A stretch of DNA of 64,000 nucleotides from an uncultured Actinomycetes bacterium (GTDB taxonomy: Bacteria; Actinomycetota; Acidimicrobiia; IMCC26256; PALSA-610), in contig CAVXFO010000008.1 in assembly GCA_963761055.1 (NCBI GenBank), forward strand, positions 1,470-65,469, in the 5' to 3' direction. Made by a program: the position numbers and the translations under genes. Shown here one piece after another: positions 50,842-60,181 of the stretch (position 1 is the stretch's first letter; the number at the start of each line of letters is the position of its first letter). Below the pieces are notes generated by a model, which worked only from the letters and a program-made list of their open reading frames with translations, had not been told where the DNA came from and searched no databases.

Positions 50842-51359
50842 GTGGACGCCCGTTCGAACTCCGACAGCACCGCGCCGGCAACCGTGGCGATGTCGAGACC
50901 GTCGGTCTCGACCGAAGTATGCGAGGCGGCTTCGTAGGTGAGCTCCCGCAGTCTCCCGAGACGGGTCAGCGCGTGCTCGGGATCGTCGCGCAACAGCGGC
51001 CGCGCCGAGCTGTCGCCGACGCGGGTGAGCAGCGTCGCGGTCGGCGCCCGCAGCCACACGACGAAGCCCGCGGCGCGCAGTGCTCGGCGATTGTCGGGAT
51101 CGACCACGGTCCCGCCCCCGCATGCCACGACCAGTGGCACGGGCGACGCGCAGACATCGGCGACCGCACCGCACTCGAGGACGCGGAAGGCCGGTTCGCC
51201 TTTGTTCGCGAAGATCGCCTCCACCGACATCCCGGCCGCGGTCGCCACGATGTCGTCGGTGTCGACGAACACCCGCTCGAGGCGCTGCGCACACTCGCGA
51301 CCGACGCTCGTCTTGCCCGCTCCCATCAGCCCGATCAGGACCAAATGCTTCCCGCTCAC
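50838..51359 (-). CDS. aroK: shikimate kinase
   Basis: GLMGAGKT, GEPAFR, CGGG and RPLL. Confidence 0.95.
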   Translation of the reverse strand: MSGKHLVLIGLMGAGKTSVGRECAQRLERVFVDTDDIVATAAGMSVEAIFANKGEPAFRVLECGAVADVCASPVPLVVACGGGTVVDPDNRRALRAAGFVVWLRAPTATLLTRVGDSSARPLLRDDPEHALTRLGRLRELTYEAASHTSVETDGLDIATVAGAVLSEFERAST

Positions 51360-52515
51360 GTGAGAGACGCGCGGTACGCGTCGTGGTTGCGCACGAACTC
51401 GGCGAGCGAGTCGCCGCCGAACTTGCGCAGCGCTTCCGACGCGAGCACCAGCGCGACCATCGTCTCCGCGACCACGCCGGCGGCCGGCACCGCGGTGACG
51501 TCGGTGCGTTCCTTGAACGAGACGGTTGTTTCCTTCGTCTCCACATCGACGGTCTTCAACACCGGGCGGTTCAGCGTGGCCAACGGCTTCATCGCCGCGC
51601 GCGCGACGAGGAGGTCGCCGGTCGTCATGCCGCCTTCGATGCCACCCGCGTGGGCGGTCTCGCGGCGGTAGACCGACGCGTCGGCGTCCCAGCTGATCGC
51701 GTCGTGCGCCTCGCTCCCGCGCACGCCCGCGACGGTGAAACCCTCACCGATCTCGACCGCCTTCATCGCCTGGATGCTCATGAGCGCCTGCGCGAGCATC
51801 CCGTCGATACGGCGGTCCCAGTGCACGTGCGACCCGAGGCCCGGGGGTACGCCGTAACCGAGTACTTCGACGACCCCGCCGAGCGAGTCGCCGGCCTTGG
51901 CGGCCTCCTTGATCTCGCGGATCATGTCGGCTTCGGAATCGGGGTCGAAGCACCGGACCTCCGACGTGTCGATCTGAGCGAGGTCGTTCGGCGTCGGGCG
52001 GTGCGCGATCGACGCGGTCGCCGCGCCGATCTGCACAACGTGGCTGAACACCGAGATCTGGAGCTCGGTCAACAGGGCCTTGGCGACCGCACCGGCCGCT
52101 ACCCGCGCCGCGGTCTCGCGGTGGACGCCCGTTCGAGCACGTCGCGCGCGTCGTCGAAGCCGTACTTCTGCATCCCCGCGAGGTCGGCATGGCCAGGGCG
52201 GGGCTGGGTCAGCGGAGTCACGGTGCGGCCGGGCGCGGACGACATCTCCTCCGACCACTTCCCCGTTGCCCACTCGCTGTTGCGGATCAGGATCGCGAGC
52301 GGGCTACCGAGCGTGCGGCCGTGCCGGATACCCCCGAGGAACTCGACCTCGTCCTTCTCGAAGCGCATGCGCGGACCGCGGCCGTAGCCGAGGCGGCGCC
52401 GCGCGAGCTCGTCGCCCACGTCGTCGATCAGGACGGGCAGACCGGCGGGCAGGCCCTCGACGGTGACCACCAACGCGGGTCCGTGGGACTCGCCCGCCGT
52501 CAGGTACCGCAGCAC
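51356..52515 (-). CDS. aroC: chorismate synthase, frameshifted near 52120
   Basis: TAGESHG, RPGHAD, RETAARV and [10 protein letters not shown]. Confidence 0.96.
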
Positions 52516-52600
52516 GGTGCCTCCAGGGAGTGCGACGCCGTGCCGGCGCCGCCGTCTCGTCGGTCGGGGACACCAGATTGTACGGCAGTGTCCGCCCGCG

Positions 52601-53281
52601 CTAGCCGTTCACCGTCCCGGTCTGACTCCCGGCCGCCCCCGTAGGTGCCGGTGCACCCGTCACGGGAGCCGTGTTGCCGACGGCGCCGGTCCCCGTCGAC
52701 GACGGCGCCGGGGACGACGTGAAGATGCGCCCCGTGATCGATACCTGCTGCAGATCGCCGGAGAACAGCGCGCCCGCGTGAACCGAGACGGCCGAGCCCG
52801 CGGGCGCGGTGCTGCCGCCGGGCGCGATCGCAACGTTGTCGATGACGAAGATGCGCTTGAGTGCCATCAGGCCGTCGAGGTACCGGGCGACCTGGGCCTC
52901 GGTACCCGACACCGTGATCGCGACCGTTATCGACGTCCCGCCGGTGTTGGGCGCGGGCGTGCTGGGGGAGATCGTCTGCCAGGCCGCGCCGGAGTCGATC
53001 CGGATCGCCTCGATGCTCCGCAGGAACGCGGCCTCGGCCGGATCGGCGGGCGTGGCCGCGAGCAGCGACTGGGTCGAGGCCGCCTTCGACTTGGTCTTGT
53101 TGGCCTCGGAGCTCTTCAGCGTTTGACGCAGGTTGGCCGACTGTGTGTCGGCGTCGTGCGCTGCGGTATTCGCCTTCGACGTCTTGCTCTGCATCGGCGA
53201 GTAGACGACGCGGTACCAGAGCATTCCGACGAGTGCCACGACAAGTGCACCGACGAGGATGTTCTTCGTCTTTACTTGCAC
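52601..53281 (-). CDS. pilO: PilO-like type IV pilus alignment protein
   Basis: N-terminal TM helix, coiled coil, then ITVAITVSG...[20 protein letters not shown] after AAGGAG. Confidence 0.75.
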   Translation of the reverse strand: MQVKTKNILVGALVVALVGMLWYRVVYSPMQSKTSKANTAAHDADTQSANLRQTLKSSEANKTKSKAASTQSLLAATPADPAEAAFLRSIEAIRIDSGAAWQTISPSTPAPNTGGTSITVAITVSGTEAQVARYLDGLMALKRIFVIDNVAIAPGGSTAPAGSAVSVHAGALFSGDLQQVSITGRIFTSSPAPSSTGTGAVGNTAPVTGAPAPTGAAGSQTGTVNG

Positions 53282-55102
53282 TTCGACTCCTTGAAGAAGG
53301 TCTCGAGCCGGTGCCCGCGAGCCGTCGAACCGAGGGAAGCGGTGATGTTGAACGTCACCGAGGCGCCGCTGGTCGCATCGGCTGCAGTCGCGGTCGCCGA
53401 CGTCATCCAGAGCACGGAGAGGTCCGCGTCGTCCCGCAGCGAATCGAGCAACGCCGTCACCGCAGGCAGGTCGGGTGCGCTGCCCGTCATCGTTACGGTG
53501 CCGGCCGGAGCGACGACACCGGCGCAGACGCCGGCCGCGGCAGGTGAGGCCGCGGCTACGGCGGCACCGGTCGATGAGCCCGAGGGGGCGGGCTTTGCCG
53601 GCGTGGCCGTCGGTCCCGGCCGCGGCCGGGATGGTGTGGGTTCCCGTGAAGCTCTTCAGGTGCACGCCGGGCGGGAGCTGGAGAGCCACGTTCCCAAGGA
53701 TCGCGGGCCACGCGACGTCCTGGCCGAGCACCGACACGACCTCGGCCTTGAGCGCGGCGGCCGAGCTCGAACCCGCCGATGCGGTTCCCTGTTGCGCGTA
53801 GTAGATCTGGGAGCGCAGCTTCTTCTCCGCGGCCTGCGCGGAAGCGTTCTTCTTCTGCGCGCTCTTCTCCGCGCCGTGCGCCATGTACGTCAGTCCACCG
53901 AGAGCGATGATCGCGACCGCGGCGGCCGCGATGGCGCGTTGATCGATCCGGCCACGCGACCGGCTCGACGACTTGCGGTGCTTGGGGCGAAGGTCGATGA
54001 CCGTCCCCAGGTTCGCACCACCGAGCGCGAGACCGACCGGCGCGGGCAGGTACGGCTCGAGGCGCGGCAACTCCTCGGGCGCGAATCCGATGTCGCCGAT
54101 CCGGAGGAGGTCGTGCATGTAGGCGGGTTCGACCGGCACACCGACGAGCGCGGCGAGGCGCTCCGGCAGCCCGGGCAGCTGGGCCGAGCCACCGGTGACC
54201 ACGACGCGCCGCAGCTGCGCCGATCCCGGTTGGTTCCGGTAATAGTCGATCGAGCTGCGGACCTCGTCGAGCAACACCGAGAGCGGTCGATCGATCGACG
54301 TGCGGGCCCGCGCGACCATCTCGTCGGGAGCAGGGTTCGCGAGTGCCCGTTTGAGCGCCTCCGCCGTCTCCGGCGGGACACCGAGATCGGTTGCGATCGC
54401 GTCGGTGAGCTCGCGACCGCCGTTCCCGAGCACGCGCACGAACTGCGGGATGCCGCCTTCGTGCACTGCGATCGCGGTAACGCCTCCGCCGAACGACACG
54501 ATGCCTTCGGCGCCGGGCGCGTCCTCCATGTCGACGCCGCCGGCGCCGGCGGTGACCATCGCGTCCACGGGCCGCGCCAGCGCACGGGTGAGCGCGAGCG
54601 GGATGAGGTCCACCGCGCCGACATCGAGCCCGCCGGCTTCGATCGCGGAGACGAGCTTGGCGATCGTCGCCTCGTAGGCCGCGACGAGCAGGACCTGCAT
54701 CGTCGGCTCGGCGCCCGACTCGGGCGCGGCGGCCGACGTCCCGAGGATCGCGAAGTCGAGGACCGCTTCCTCGATCGGGATCGGGATCAGGTCGCCGGCC
54801 TGGAACTGCAGCGCGCTCATGAGCTCGTCGCGCGTCATCACCGGCATCTCGACCTGACGGACGACGACCCGTGGGCTCGCGATACCGATGCGGACCGGCA
54901 CCTTCTTCAAACCGACCTCGGTGCGCAGGCGCGTCACCGCGTCCGTGATCGCGGCTGCGTCGGCGACCTCGCCTTCACGCATCGCGTCACGCGGCAACGC
55001 CACCTGCGCGAACATGTCGAGGCGCGGCGGGTTGCCGGCGGTGACTTCGGCGATCGTCACCGCGTTGGTGCCGATGTCGAGGCCGATCAGGCGGCGGGCC
55101 AT
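53272..55102 (-). CDS. pilM: PilM-PilN fusion protein (frameshift near 53590 in the PilN part)
   Basis: IGLDIG and VTGGSAQLPGL actin-like motifs, then without a stop IDLRP + TM helix + PilN-like domain ending at 53272. Confidence 0.85.
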
Positions 55103-55299
55103 GCGTCCCCTCCTCCAAAGGTTTGGGCCTCGAGGTACTCGTCGAGGTCGCGGGCGCGGATGCGGAAGTGCTTCCCGACGCGTATCGCGGGGAGGGCACC
55201 GGCACGGATGAGGCGGTAGACGGTCATGGTCGACACGCGCATCGCATCGGCGACCTCGCGCACCGTGAGCAGTTCGTGTTGGCGTTCACTCACGGTCAT
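55087..55299 (-). CDS. small excisionase/BldC-like HTH DNA-binding protein
   Basis: LLTVREVADAMRVSTMTVYRLIRAGALPAIRVGKHFRI; overlaps the pilM start. Confidence 0.9.
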   Translation of the reverse strand: MTVSERQHELLTVREVADAMRVSTMTVYRLIRAGALPAIRVGKHFRIRARDLDEYLEAQTFGGGDAWPAA

Positions 55300-55312
55300 C
55301 ACCCCCTGGGCC

Positions 55313-55360
55313 AGTCGGATCGACGCTCGATCCGACTTCAGGGACAACAATCGACAACAA
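55313..55360. promoter_or_regulatory. 11-bp inverted repeat plus GACAACAA direct repeats upstream of HTH-pilM
   Basis: AGTCGGATCGA-cgc-TCGATCCGACT (55313-55337); GACAACAA at 55343 and 55353. Confidence 0.55.
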
Positions 55361-55457
55361 CCCCATCGCGCTGTAACGCGAATGCACACTTCCCGGGCGT
55401 GGGTTGTGGCGACCACACGGTTCGCGCAACCACTTTGGGCGGTGCGGCCGAATTGCG

Positions 55458-56237
55458 CTACCGGCCGAGGTGCCCGTACCAGTGGACGAGCGGTGATCCG
55501 AACAACACGAAGGTCATGGTTCCGGTCGCGAGGAAGGGCCCGAACGGGATCTGCTGTTTGCGACCGCGCACCTTCACCGCGATCAGCGCGGCGCCGATCA
55601 CGGCTCCAAAGAGGAAGCCGGCGAACAATCCACCCGCGACCTCACCCCACCCGAGCCAGCCGAGTGCGAGCCCGAGCAGGAACGCGAGGCGCACGTCGCC
55701 GAAGCCCATCCCGCGGGGCGAGACGATGTGGATGACGAAGAACACCGCGAATGCGACCGAGCCCGCGATCAACGCCCGCCCGAATGCGCCCCAGTCGTGA
55801 GTTGCCGCCGACGCGACGGCCAACAACACGACTGCGGCGCCGTCGGTCGGATAGAGGATGCGGTTCGGGAGGATGTAGTGCTCGAGATCGATCGCAGAGA
55901 GCGCGACGAGTGCGGCCGTCAGCACGAGGTACGCGGGGAGTGCCCACGAGTGCGCGAAGCGGGCCCCGACCGCGGCGAACAACACTGCGGTGAAGAGCTC
56001 GATGAAGGGGTAGCGCACGGAGATGGCAGTGCCGCAGTTCCGGCACTTGCCGCGCAGCAACAACCACGAGACGACGGGCACGTTGTCGCGGTTCGCGATC
56101 TTGGTTTCGCAGCCCGGGCAGTGCGACGCCGGCTTCACCAATGATTCCTTGCGCGGAACGCGCCAGATGACGACGTTCAGGAACGACCCGATGACAAGGC
56201 CGTAAATGGCGCTGATACCGGCAACCAGTGCAGTCAT
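55458..56237 (-). CDS. pilD: prepilin peptidase (A24)
   Basis: GSFLNVVIWRVP, two CxxC motifs, GMGFGDV and IPFGPFL. Confidence 0.96.
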   Translation of the reverse strand: MTALVAGISAIYGLVIGSFLNVVIWRVPRKESLVKPASHCPGCETKIANRDNVPVVSWLLLRGKCRNCGTAISVRYPFIELFTAVLFAAVGARFAHSWALPAYLVLTAALVALSAIDLEHYILPNRILYPTDGAAVVLLAVASAATHDWGAFGRALIAGSVAFAVFFVIHIVSPRGMGFGDVRLAFLLGLALGWLGWGEVAGGLFAGFLFGAVIGAALIAVKVRGRKQQIPFGPFLATGTMTFVLFGSPLVHWYGHLGR

Positions 56238-56271
56238 GATCTTCTCGAGGCTAGGTCGAGGCCGTCACCGT

Positions 56272-56306
56272 TCCGTGTCTCCCGTGCTGCGCACGGGAGA
56301 CTCGGA
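56272..56306 (-). terminator. hairpin downstream of the second pilin
   Basis: GTCTCCCGTGC-tgc-GCACGGGAGAC stem, extendable by TCCG/CGGA; no clear U-tract. Confidence 0.55.
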
Positions 56307-56314
56307 GCCGGCGA

Positions 56315-56821
56315 CTACCAGGTGGCGTGCCATCCGGTGGCACTCACGTCGGTGGGGATCGGCGAGCCGTTGGCGGCGCAGGCGCCGGCGCCGGGCGCCT
56401 CTGCGTAGAGCGTGCTCCCGGCCGCCTCGTCGTCGAGGACGTAGAAGCACGAGCCTGACTTCGACTGACCCGACAGGACGATCTGCGTCGTGTTCAGCGG
56501 CAGCACGGAGACCGTGTTCTGACCCGTCGGGTCGCTTCCGCCGAGGACGAACGTCACGCCGCCGAGCTCGGCCGTCAACGCAGCCGGGCTCGCACCTGTG
56601 TAGTCGGCCGTGGTGAGATAGAGGCCCTTCGCTCCGGTCGTCGCGTTCCGAAGGCTCGATTGCATCGCGCGGTCCTTGGCCCGGGAACCGGCTGCCAGGA
56701 AGGTGGGGGCCAGGACGGTGATCAATATGCCAATGATCGCGATCACCATCATGAGCTCCAACAACGTGAAGCCGTCTTCTCGGGACTTGGCAGCGCGAGC
56801 GTCGAGATGCTCACGTTGCAT
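56315..56821 (-). CDS. type IV pilin (paralogue 2)
   Basis: Class III signal REDG|FTLLELMMVIAIIGIL; SD GGAAAGGAAG. Confidence 0.93.
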   Translation of the reverse strand: MQREHLDARAAKSREDGFTLLELMMVIAIIGILITVLAPTFLAAGSRAKDRAMQSSLRNATTGAKGLYLTTADYTGASPAALTAELGGVTFVLGGSDPTGQNTVSVLPLNTTQIVLSGQSKSGSCFYVLDDEAAGSTLYAEAPGAGACAANGSPIPTDVSATGWHATW

Positions 56822-56892
56822 TGTTCGTACTTCCTTTCCTGCGTCGGCTTTCTCAGGCTGACTCGGACTTCGTACGGACGATCCGAATTGCG

Positions 56893-56922
56893 ATATCGGC
56901 TGAGGTCGCGGTCGCCTTGAAC
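56893..56922 (-). promoter_or_regulatory. sigma-28 (FliA/WhiG)-like promoter of pilin 2
   Basis: Minus strand GTTCAA-N16-GCCGATAT. Confidence 0.7.
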
Positions 56923-56934
56923 CACCGCGGCGCG

Positions 56935-56966
56935 AAAGCGGGCCCGGGGACATGCCCCGGGCCCGC
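56935..56966 (-). terminator. intrinsic terminator of pilin 1
   Basis: Perfect 12-bp stem GCGGGCCCGGGG/CCCCGGGCCCGC followed by TTT on the minus strand. Confidence 0.8.
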
Positions 56967-56999
56967 CTTCATTTCCCTGCGTTGTATTCGGTTAGCGAC

Positions 57000-57491
57000 T
57001 TACCAACCGGTGTTCCACGCGGCGGCCGCGAGGGTCGCCGGGGTGAGCACGGAGCAGTCGCCGCCCTTGTTGAAGAACGTGCCGGCCGAGGCTCCGGTTG
57101 CAACATCTGCGATGCTGAACTTCGTCCCGGACTTCGACGTCTCGGAGAGGCAGACCACGCCCGAGTCGGCGGGAACGGCAACGACGTTGCCCACCGCGAC
57201 CGTCAGCTTGCCGCCCCAGTCCAGCGACGGCTCGACGCCCTTCAGACCGGCAGTGGTCGTGTCGCTCGAGTACGTCTGCCCGTCGGTGTACACCGTCTTC
57301 TCGGCGGTGAGACCGTTACGCAGGTCGGACTGAGCGGCACGGTCCTGGGCACGCGCCCGGGCACCGAGGAAGGTCGGGATGGCGATCGCGATCAGGATGG
57401 CAATGATCAACACGACCACCATCAACTCAATGAGGGTGAAACCCTGCTCCTCGTCCCGACGACGGGAAGCAAGTGATTGAATGAAACGCAC
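57000..57491 (-). CDS. pilA: type IV pilin, probable major pilin
   Basis: EEQG|FTLIELMVVVLIIAILIAIAIP; two C-terminal Cys; has its own promoter and terminator. Confidence 0.93.
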   Translation of the reverse strand: MRFIQSLASRRRDEEQGFTLIELMVVVLIIAILIAIAIPTFLGARARAQDRAAQSDLRNGLTAEKTVYTDGQTYSSDTTTAGLKGVEPSLDWGGKLTVAVGNVVAVPADSGVVCLSETSKSGTKFSIADVATGASAGTFFNKGGDCSVLTPATLAAAAWNTGW

Positions 57492-57553
57492 TTGGCATGA
57501 CCCCTTTCGTGCGCCCGGGGGTTGTGGAGGTCCCGCGTGTCAGCGCAACGAAG

Positions 57554-57583
57554 TCATCGGCCGGGTCTGCGTCGTCCTTGAAC
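57554..57583 (-). promoter_or_regulatory. sigma-28 (FliA/WhiG)-like promoter of pilin 1
   Basis: Minus strand GTTCAA-N16-GCCGATGA. Confidence 0.7.
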
Positions 57584-57655
57584 GCATCGCGTGAGCAAAC
57601 CGGGATTCGCGCCGGCGGCTCGAGCCCGGATTCGGAACGAATGGGTGCGAACGTC

Positions 57656-58897
57656 TCACTTCGACGCGGCACTCAACGCGGGCAGTTCACGCCGCAGACG
57701 ATCCAATGGCGCGGCGGCCCGTCGCGATGGACCGTCGACGTCACGCGAGCGCCGCACGAGCGTCAGCACCGGCTCTCGGAGCAACAGTGCGGTGAGGACG
57801 TACGCGATCACCCACCAGACCCAACGCGTGGGGTGGAACGGAAACCAGAGCAAGAGGATCGCGCCCAACGTGAAGTTTGTCACGACGGGTCCGCGCCGGC
57901 TCCACGCGCTCACGAGCAACACTGCGAGGCCGGGCGCCAGGTAGTACGCGTGTGCAACCGGCTCGAACAGGAACCGGGACAGCAGGACGCAGCCGAGCGC
58001 GGCGACGATCAGCGCCGGATCGCGCTCCTTGCGCACGAGCCAGGCCACCCCGACGGCGACGACGAACGCACCCACACGGGTCGGCACGCTCGTGAGGTAC
58101 TCCGCCGTGGGCGCGATCCACAAGGCCGAGTGGCCGTAGAGCGGGAACGCCGGTGGATGCAGCAATGCGGCGGACGCGTACCTGTAGTCGAAGGCCAGGA
58201 ACGCCGACATGAACAATGCCGCCGGGACGGTGCCGCGCAGCATGGCTCGCATGCGCACCGCGGGCGGGCAGGCCGCCACGAATACGGGCACCGCGAGCAG
58301 CGACCACTGCTTGCACAGGATCGCGCCCGCGACCAGGAGCGCGCCCCGCAGCGGGCGCTCTCGGAACAGGTCGCGGAACGCGAGGAGCACGAGCGCGAGC
58401 GCGAGCACGTCCTCGTAGTGCCCGTAGACGATCGCCATCGGCACGAACGCCAGCACCAGCACCGCGAACTGCACCACGGCGCGGCCCCGTCGTACGAGCA
58501 GCCGGGTCGCGAGCGCCCGCACCGCGTAGAGCAACGGGAACCCACACGCGAGCGCGTAGGGACCGAACACCGGCCACATGCTCGGTTGCTGACGCGGGTA
58601 CGGGTAGCTCTCGTGCAGGTGCACGAGATCGCCGATCCACGCGACGGGCGCGAGCAGCAAGGGCCACAACGGCCCGGCGTCGAAGACGTCCCTGCGCGGC
58701 CCGGCCTCGTAGATGAGCGGATACGCGCCCTGGGGGACGTAGTGCGCGGCCCGGAGCCCGGTCCACGCGTCGCCCGGTATCCACCACTGGTTGTGGCCCA
58801 GCAGGGGCGCGACGCACATCGAACCCAGCATCCCGCCGGCGATGGCGAGCAGCCCGAGCACGATCGTCGCGTGCCACGGATGCGGATCGTCGCGCAT
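57656..58897 (-). CDS. polytopic membrane protein, GT-C/GT87-like glycosyltransferase candidate
   Basis: Many hydrophobic segments; YGHYEDVLAL...AILCKQW motif pair. Confidence 0.6.
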   Translation of the reverse strand: MRDDPHPWHATIVLGLLAIAGGMLGSMCVAPLLGHNQWWIPGDAWTGLRAAHYVPQGAYPLIYEAGPRRDVFDAGPLWPLLLAPVAWIGDLVHLHESYPYPRQQPSMWPVFGPYALACGFPLLYAVRALATRLLVRRGRAVVQFAVLVLAFVPMAIVYGHYEDVLALALVLLAFRDLFRERPLRGALLVAGAILCKQWSLLAVPVFVAACPPAVRMRAMLRGTVPAALFMSAFLAFDYRYASAALLHPPAFPLYGHSALWIAPTAEYLTSVPTRVGAFVVAVGVAWLVRKERDPALIVAALGCVLLSRFLFEPVAHAYYLAPGLAVLLVSAWSRRGPVVTNFTLGAILLLWFPFHPTRWVWWVIAYVLTALLLREPVLTLVRRSRDVDGPSRRAAAPLDRLRRELPALSAASK

Positions 58898-58931
58898 CGC
58901 TCGCCCGGCTATCGCCGCGTCGCCCGCCGGC

Positions 58932-58961
58932 TCACTTGATGAGCTTGATGATGTTGAACAG
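58932..58961 (-). pseudogene. isolated 3' tail of a PilC/GspF-like gene; candidate att junction
   Basis: Codons LFNIIKLIK* with host-like codon usage, resembling PilC C-termini (YLP-FxII), directly next to the integrase region. Confidence 0.6.
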
Positions 58962-59107
58962 AAAGGGCAGACGACAGGTCACAGCGCACCTCCGCAGGTC
59001 ACCAAGTTGCACCGAGTCTTTTCGGCATGAAGTGCAGCGACCTGAACCGGCGCAAGTTGCACCAACCGCGTGCAACGGGTCCATGCACCACGTGGAGGTA
59101 GGCACCA

Positions 59108-60159
59108 ATGTCAGGACAAGCAGCACTGCCAAAGGAAGAGCGCACGATCCCTTCGGGATCGGCGCAGGGTGACGGTGAGCGAGCTACGAAACGAGCACCC
59201 CGGAGACGGCGCACCGCGAGGACGGCACGGGCGAGTCGGACGCTGACGGAGTGGCTGCCCTATTGGGAGCTGGAGCTAGGCGCGCGCAACGTGCGACGTG
59301 CGACCGTCGACAACCAACGGAAGGTGTTGGCGAAGCTCGTCCGCTTTGCGGGTGACGTTGCGGCTGAGTGCGTCACGTCGGACGTGCTCTCCGCCTGGCG
59401 CGACCACATGCACGAAGCAGAGAAGTTGAAGCCGACGAGCACGAACCGCTACTTGCTCACAGCGGGTACGTTCTTCAACTGGCTCCGTCAGAGCGAGAGC
59501 TACCGGAGGCACCGACCGTTGCACTGCTGCGCGTGCGTGACGTTGACGCGCCTCCCGTGTTCAACGCCGACGTGCTGCGACGGTTGACGAAGGGTGCTTC
59601 CGTGGTGAAGCGCGGCCGCTCGCAATACGAAGCGACGCGGGACGTGACCATGTTCGCGCTGCTCCAGGACACCGGTCTTCGTGCTTCCGAGTGTGCGGGC
59701 TTGTTGGTCGACAACCTCAACCTTCCCGCACGGCAAGTGCTCGTGCACGGTGAAGTGGCGAAGGGTGGCTACCCGCGTGTGGTGACGTTCGGCTTCCAAA
59801 CGGCGCGATTGCTCAACCGTTACCTCCGTGAGCGTGAAGCGCACGCGTACGCGTTCCTTCCGCAAGTGTTCCTGAGCCGCAAGGGACCGGCGACGTACGC
59901 GCTCGTGCACGACGCGGTACGCAAGGCGGGACTCCGAGAGGGAGTCATTGGTGCGCGTCCGCACCTCTTCCGTCACACGTGGGCGCACGACATGAAGACG
60001 CAGGGCGTTGACTCGGAAGTCCTCATGTCGTTGGGTGGCTGGCGCACTCCGACCATGCCTCTTCGCTACGGGCGTGCCGAACGTGACCGGCGAGCGGTGG
60101 ACGTGTACCGGCGCGTCGGGTCACCGTTGGACCGAGCCTCAACAATGAAGGCGAAGTGA
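59108..60159 (+). CDS. tyrosine recombinase/integrase, frameshifted near 59495
   Basis: SAM-like N-domain; catalytic DTGLRASE, K (VAKGG), HLFRH, GW and Y (LRY). Confidence 0.92.
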
Positions 60160-60181
60160 TCCCTTCGGGATCACGGTTCAA

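Noticed and set aside
52601..55102. 833-aa PilM-PilN-PilO triple fusion in the ORF track
   Set aside because: The middle part is out-of-frame Arg-rich text. The PilN end lies in another frame (stop 53272) and pilO has its own SD and GTG at 53281.
57492..57655. c-di-GMP riboswitch upstream of the pilin
   Set aside because: No GEMM-type motif recognised; a sigma-28-like promoter explains the region better.
58932..59107. tRNA or tmRNA as the integration site
   Set aside because: No cloverleaf, T-loop or CCA end is visible next to the integrase.
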